Source: Chrysomallon squamiferum
Taxonomy: Eukaryota > Animalia > Mollusca
Assembly: GCA_012295275.1 (NCBI GenBank)
Contig: CM022669.1
Span: 8,866,001 to 8,930,000 of the forward strand
Length of the DNA: 64,000 nucleotides
Reading direction: 5' to 3'
Made by a program: the position numbers and the translations under genes
Shown here: piece by piece, positions 45,641 through 64,000 of the stretch
Layout: each line of letters starts with the position of its first letter
Numbering within the stretch: the first letter of the stretch is position 1
Notes under the pieces: model-generated
The model's database searches: none
Seen by the model: the letters and a program-made list of their open reading frames with translations, nothing else
What the model was told of the DNA's origin: nothing

Positions 45641-46383
45641 ATTAGTTTCTGATTGTAATTTTTTTTGTTGTTTTGATTCGAAACTTATTTTATTACAACA
45701 TATTTCTTTTAGCATTTTGACAGAAAAAACTCTATTTCGGTGAGTAATTGACGGAAAATGGGATGTTGACAACCTCTTTCTAGGCGACAGTAGACGATCA
45801 AAGTGTCAGAATGGATTCTTTTCTGTTGTTAAGAATAATTTACTTTGGAAAAAAATAAAAAATAAAAAAATAAAAAATAAAAAAATAAAAATAAATAAAA
45901 TAAAATCTCTCTTTCTTACATGCTTAAATGTCAAATGAAATAGATGAAATTCCTTGAATACCTAGCTAAAATAAAAAAATTAAATAAATACAAAAGGTAT
46001 GTTTGGGAAAAAAAAAAAAAAAAAAAAAAAGGAAAGGAAAAAAATATTTTGTTATTAAAAAAAAAGCAAAAAAGCAACAAAAAAACAAACAAACAAAAAA
46101 AAAAAACCCCAAACAAAACAAATGAGAGCTAAGAAATTTGTCATTCTTAAGTTAACATTAAGATATATATATCTGTATATATAACTTGCCTAAAAGCAGG
46201 GATTAGAAGATAATCTTTGGCTTATTTCCATCAAGTAACTGTTGAAGTACGACTATCGGGAACGCAATCTTGGATTTGCCAAAAGATTTCTGTCCATGAA
46301 GTTTGAAACTGAAAACGTCTGTGACAGTGCATTCATCATTCACAGCTTATCTCAGCAATCAATGAAATATTTCACTCAGACAA

Positions 46384-46416
<33 letters not shown>

Positions 46417-48229
46417 AAAAAATAAAAAATAAAAAAGGCCCTTTTGCATTCAATGCTATAAAAGATATGCCAAGAGCTTTGCTGCCTGTAGTTAAACACA
46501 AAGTGTGACGGTGCAGCAATATGGCGTCCTAAATGTCTGATCGTGTTTGCGGGTCAGTGCAGTTCGTGCGTAGTGAAAACACTGAAGGTGTTGATGTATC
46601 AGAAGGAAAAACGTTTAAACGACGCCAGGTGATTTGGTAAACAGCCGAGACCTTTGAGTTGTATTACAATGTTTGTCGAGGAATTCCATTTACCTTTGTA
46701 GGTAGTTGAGCGACTAAATGCGAAAGGTTCATAGTGCGGCAGGCCACACGAGAAGAATCCATTGACGTTGCACTCCGTGGCCTGTTTTTAGTAGTACCAG
46801 GAACGCAGCAGCGTATACTAAACGATAAAAAATTTAAAATGGCTTGCTATTTCAGGACGTGTGTATTTGTTCTTGGAAAGGGTGGGAGTGTGCATGTGTG
46901 TCGGTATGAGTGTAATTCCGGAAATAATTAGTTTTAAAAGCAACACATGCCATCGATTTCTTAAAGTATCTGCCTAATCAAGAACTGTTTTAGGCGTTAC
47001 TATCTTTCCGTGAAACTTTTGTAACAAGTGTTATGAACTCTGTTACCGAAACCAAACCACACCCATAATTCTTATTGGTTCTTCCAGCGCTAATAATTTT
47101 AATGACTTTATCGCAAGGTGGCGCCCAGTTATTACAATAAGTTAACACACACATACAAAGAACGAGTCAGTGTAATAATAATAATAGTCATAATACTTAT
47201 TATTATTGTTATTTAGAAATATACTAAACTAAAACAATACAAATTAAATAAACTGTTTTCTGTTACTCTTCTCCCATTCTTTATCGTTCACTAATTTGTG
47301 AAACCAAATTGTCTGGATTGAGAATATTTTTCAGATAATTGCCTTGCAACCATTTGATAAAACCCAGAACAGCACAGATCGATATAGAACTGGCCTCTAC
47401 ATTTTGATGGAAATATTAATTTGTGACAACTATAGAAAATTAGACTGTCTGCTCAGTAAATATATTGCCGACAGGAAATGACCTCTGCGCATGCTTCTAT
47501 TGATTGGAAGTGTCTACAATGGACGAGGAACGTGTGAATCTCTAAACTGGCGAGAATACCCGAGCTCAAACAATCGTGGATTTACTTAGGGCTAAATAAC
47601 TCTTGTCGTTTGCTGCACAAATATTTGCTGATTTATTCTGGACTTGCTTCAAGTCATATTACAGCAAATATTTATCCGCTATTTTCAGACGAACTCTGTG
47701 CGAGCCAGTCAAATAATGGTCTGTTTGCCGAGCACACACAGACTCGAGATTTCATGTTCATACAAATAAAATTTGTCCTGATTTGTGTGGCGGTTAAAAG
47801 TATCTTAAAAACATTTATAAATCAGTCCAGTGAATCATCTAGAATGTCTGCTTAGGATGCCCAAGTACTTAAATTATGAAATAAAAACAAAACGTTCAAA
47901 TTATCTAATCTTATCCTCAAGAAAGCAGAATAAAAAACAAAATTAAATAAATAAATAAAAATATGAACAGAAAATGTTAAATGGAATACAATATTATAAT
48001 AGTATATAATTTATAATTAGTTACCTTTCAGAAAACGGAAGAACAGCAGATTACTGATTCCTCCATCTTGAATTTGTAGTAAGGTTGTTTGTTACAACAT
48101 GATTTGAAAATTAAAAGAAGATGAAATAAACCATGGTCTTGTTTAAAATAAATCGTACACTAATATTTTATCCATGAACATAATTAATATACAGAACTGG
48201 CAGAAAGAAAATGAAAACAACTCAGTTAA

Positions 48230-51200
48230 GTTTTGACAATAATGTTACTTTTATTAATATTTGTCAGGCAGAACACGATATATTTGTAGAGCAGTTGTTA
48301 CTATACCAGGTGTTCTACCAAGATTCTACTGAATGTCCTACATGTCTGTTGTCTACACAACAGCCATTTTGTAAGTGAGAAGAAAACACAAAACACTATC
48401 ACAGATTTACTTGAAGCCTTTGCCAAATCAGTAAAAATCACAGCAAGGCAAAATTCACCGACTTCCCTTTTATTTCCTTGTACATTTAAATTAATCTTTG
48501 AAAGAATCCCATAGAATCAGATCATCAGTTAATTAACAATAAACAAGATATCTTACTCTAACTGAACTAAATATATAAACCCATAGTGAGCTTGTAAAAG
48601 ATAAACTGATAAGAAATTATTGAAATTTTGAACATGTATATTGTTTTATCTAAATTTAATTTTAATGATATTTTGACTGTTTTAGTAAAAATGAAAAACT
48701 GAAGTGAAATCTGCCTTGCTGTGGTGGGTTCACTGACAGAATGGCTGTTACATTTGGCCAAGTTATGAAATTTCCTGATGCAAAGTTAGCACACAACTGA
48801 TGAACAACAATGGTGAATTAATTGTACAGTTAAACCAATCAATTCATTTGTATTAATATAAACAAATATCTGACTGATCAACCTGGTTTCATGCAAAGAT
48901 GCAGTCATGTTACATTTTACAAAACACTTATTGACCAATCATATATCTTCATTTGTTAACGAACAGAATAGCACATATGTTTCATTGGCGTTTTGGCTGA
49001 ATCATATTATATTTTATTTTCTTGTTCTTCTTTCACAATCATATTGAACTAAAAAAAAAAAAAAAAATAAATAAAGTTTATAAAAAAAAAAAAAAAAAAT
49101 AAAAAAATAATAATACATTTTTTTTGTGTGTTTGTGCATGTAGTTTTTCATTGTTAAAAATTCCATTATGTATGGAATCTAAATTTTACAATTATAGATT
49201 TATAAAAAACAAAAATAGTAGAAAAAAAAAAGAAGAAGTCTATAATGAAAATGTTTACAAACAATATTCAGAAGTTCCCATTCATTTTAGATAACTCTTA
49301 TGTATGTACAAATGTTTTAGCAGAACACAGCTTTGAGATCAGTTTGTGGAATATTTGTGGTCCTTTTTTTCTACAACCAGCCACTGCCTCCTCTCTTCCA
49401 CACACTGTGTCAAACATTTCAGTCACATTTTGTGAAATAGTGTCTTTAATCAACTTTGAAAACTGAACGGTTTAATAATAACACTTCTCGAAAGTCTGAA
49501 ATAATTAATCACTTAGCATGTACATGATTTTGAAATAAGTGAATTAGTTATATTAATAATTCTTAACTAGTTTGTTTTAGTGTACCTGTGTTTTCAGTAA
49601 ACTGCTTTAATGTCAAATTGTGAATATAATTACAATGTTTATTAAAATTATAAATGTTTACATGCTGGATATTTATCTGTCTTAATCTTTACTTGCACTG
49701 GTGTTTACTCAAAAAGGAATGTTTGTTTAATGATACTAACAACTTAGAAAGATTTTATAATGAACAGAAGAAACAAGTTATTCTTTATTCTTAAATAGTA
49801 GAAGAATATTTATTTTAAATTAAAACAGATTTTCATGTAAAAAAGATTTATTTCAGTGTACAACTAATTATCATGACTTTTTTTTTTTATCTGGCAGCAA
49901 GAGTTCTTTTACTTAAATCTTAGTCTAGAGCTTAGTGTGACCAGAGAGGTCATCCAGTCAGACAGGACAATCAAAGTGACCCTGAGTATAGTTCAATGAG
50001 GACATGTGACATGTCTCTGTAATGTGCACTGCCTTTTGTGTTAACTTTGGCTGTAACAACAACTTCTTAGAGAAAGATGATTTTAATATTTTACATGTAA
50101 AAAAAGTCAGTGATTTAGGTTTAAGCAATGATAGATTTTAAAAACAAAACAAATTTCAGACATTCACATTAGTTTACTACAACCACAAACATATTTATTT
50201 TTATATTTTTTTCATGCTGTTTGTTTACATTGCACGCACTAACAACAAAGTAAACATTAAATATTACCGCTGACAGAACAGCCTTCACCTCGTAGAACAC
50301 TGAGAACATTAAATATACAAATAACACTAATCTTTTACATAATATACTTTTTCTCTTTGTTGTCTGCACGTCTGATCAGTTTCCAGATAAGCTTCAAAAA
50401 CACTAAAAATACAATTTCCAAAGTAATGTTCTTTGACTTTTCTCACATCTGTAAGTGACACTTAATTTTTCAAAATGACATTAAAGTCCAAATGAAAATT
50501 GTCGTTTTGTAAAAAAAAAAAAAAGTTACAATCGTTTGTCACCCTGCCAGTCGAGCTAGATTCAGTTAAATTGTTTCACTGATATTTATAAATATTTTAA
50601 ACTTTGTCTTCTCTCACCTAACATGACAGCCCATACCATCATTTTATAGAACATTTTTTCACTGTGCAGGTGTAAAGTTGTGTAAATGTTCAAGTCTGCT
50701 GGTGTTGTTTTCCAGTCATTTCACACTAAGCTAACACCAGTCTTGTAAGTTTAAAACTGAATCCACTGAATATTCCTAACAAAGAAAACTAAATTTCAGC
50801 CTGCAGGAAAATTTTATGTGAGCTGAAAAGAACACAAATATTACACCTATTCCATCACTTTTTGAATTTTTTGTTTTTTTTCCTTTACTTTATCAGTGGC
50901 CTCCAGTAATAAATGCTGTTAGTGTAGTCTTCCAGGAAATCAGCCAATCACAGCCTTTGACACAACTGTGTTTGTTACTAATGTTAACAAGCAGCACCAG
51001 ATCTGTACTTTTAAAATAAGAAGAAGGATGAAGAACACATTTCACAATCACAAACATAATTTATGTCACAAGTTGACCAAGCAACTGAAAACATTTTTAT
51101 CCTGTTGTCACATGAATAAAATAAACCACTGAACACTTTAATGTAACATTTTTGTCACATGGGTTGAACAAGCCAGTGAGAAAACACATTCACTGATATT

Positions 51201-51373
51201 AATTTCAGTTGGGCCATGTAAGCCAATCAGAAGAGTCCTTTGAGTCACATGACAGCAAGATGCATATTTACTGGTTGAAACTGTACTTTCCATTCGAATT
51301 CTCTTCACTCAGCTGAACATGTATAAACTGCTGTAGCCGACCGATTCCCTTTACTTAATGTTGTCAAGTGTTT
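48230..51373 (-). other. Probable long 3'UTR of groucho copy B
   Basis: CpG-poor sequence after the stop. Minus-strand AATAAA at 48250-48255 lies close to where CpG reappears. The end point is inferred. Confidence 0.45.
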
Positions 51374-63744
<12,371 letters not shown>

Positions 63745-64000
63745 CTGAAATTAAATATTCACACATTAGTAAACATCATGAATAAACAGGAGTTAGTGCT
63801 TCTCGCACATTAATCAACAATATCCAGTAAAATAAGAAAGAAACACAAACAATTAAACATTAAAAACAGAAATTATGAATAAAATAAAATATATATATAT
63901 ATATATATATATAAAGCTATAGAGATCAACTTAAGTCACACAGTAAACAAACAAAAAAGTTGGCATTATTAACTAACAAAATAAATCATTTAACCTGATA

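Larger units (their letters stand above)
28350..47800. promoter_or_regulatory. CpG-retaining non-coding blocks, candidate enhancers downstream of copy B
   Basis: Same character as the left spacer. TGACGTCA at 32198, 45268; CACGTG at 33594, 37498, 37546, 39569, 39640, 42678, 43243; palindrome TGAGTCAATATTGACTCA at 41660-41677. Function is inferred only. Confidence 0.35.

Overview
AT-rich, microsatellite-rich, intron-containing animal DNA. The pattern of CpG-poor gene bodies and CpG-rich intergenic DNA suggests an invertebrate with mosaic methylation; the taxon cannot be assigned from this window. Two groucho/TLE co-repressor paralogues point at each other tail-to-tail. Copy A is on + (1-6980, 5' part outside the window). 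Copy B is on - (51374-63744, 5' part outside the window). Their stop codons are about 44 kb apart, and the spacer holds a 6-exon DTWD2 gene on - (24572-27092), a possible decayed gene and many motif-dense non-coding blocks. The main signal is that the paralogues are old but their WD40 regions are not. The CcN/SP exons differ in protein, their introns and 3'UTRs do not align, and the end of the last exon is heavily diverged at silent sites. In contrast, the WD40 exons are about 99% identical and most introns between them align, in sharply bounded tracts. This points to domain-restricted gene conversion between inverted copies, and a crossover would flip the spacer and swap the 3'UTRs. Caveat: all three recognisable genes carry small frameshifts in this sequence (four in total). 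These are most simply consensus errors and need read-level checking. Coordinates and counts were made by hand.
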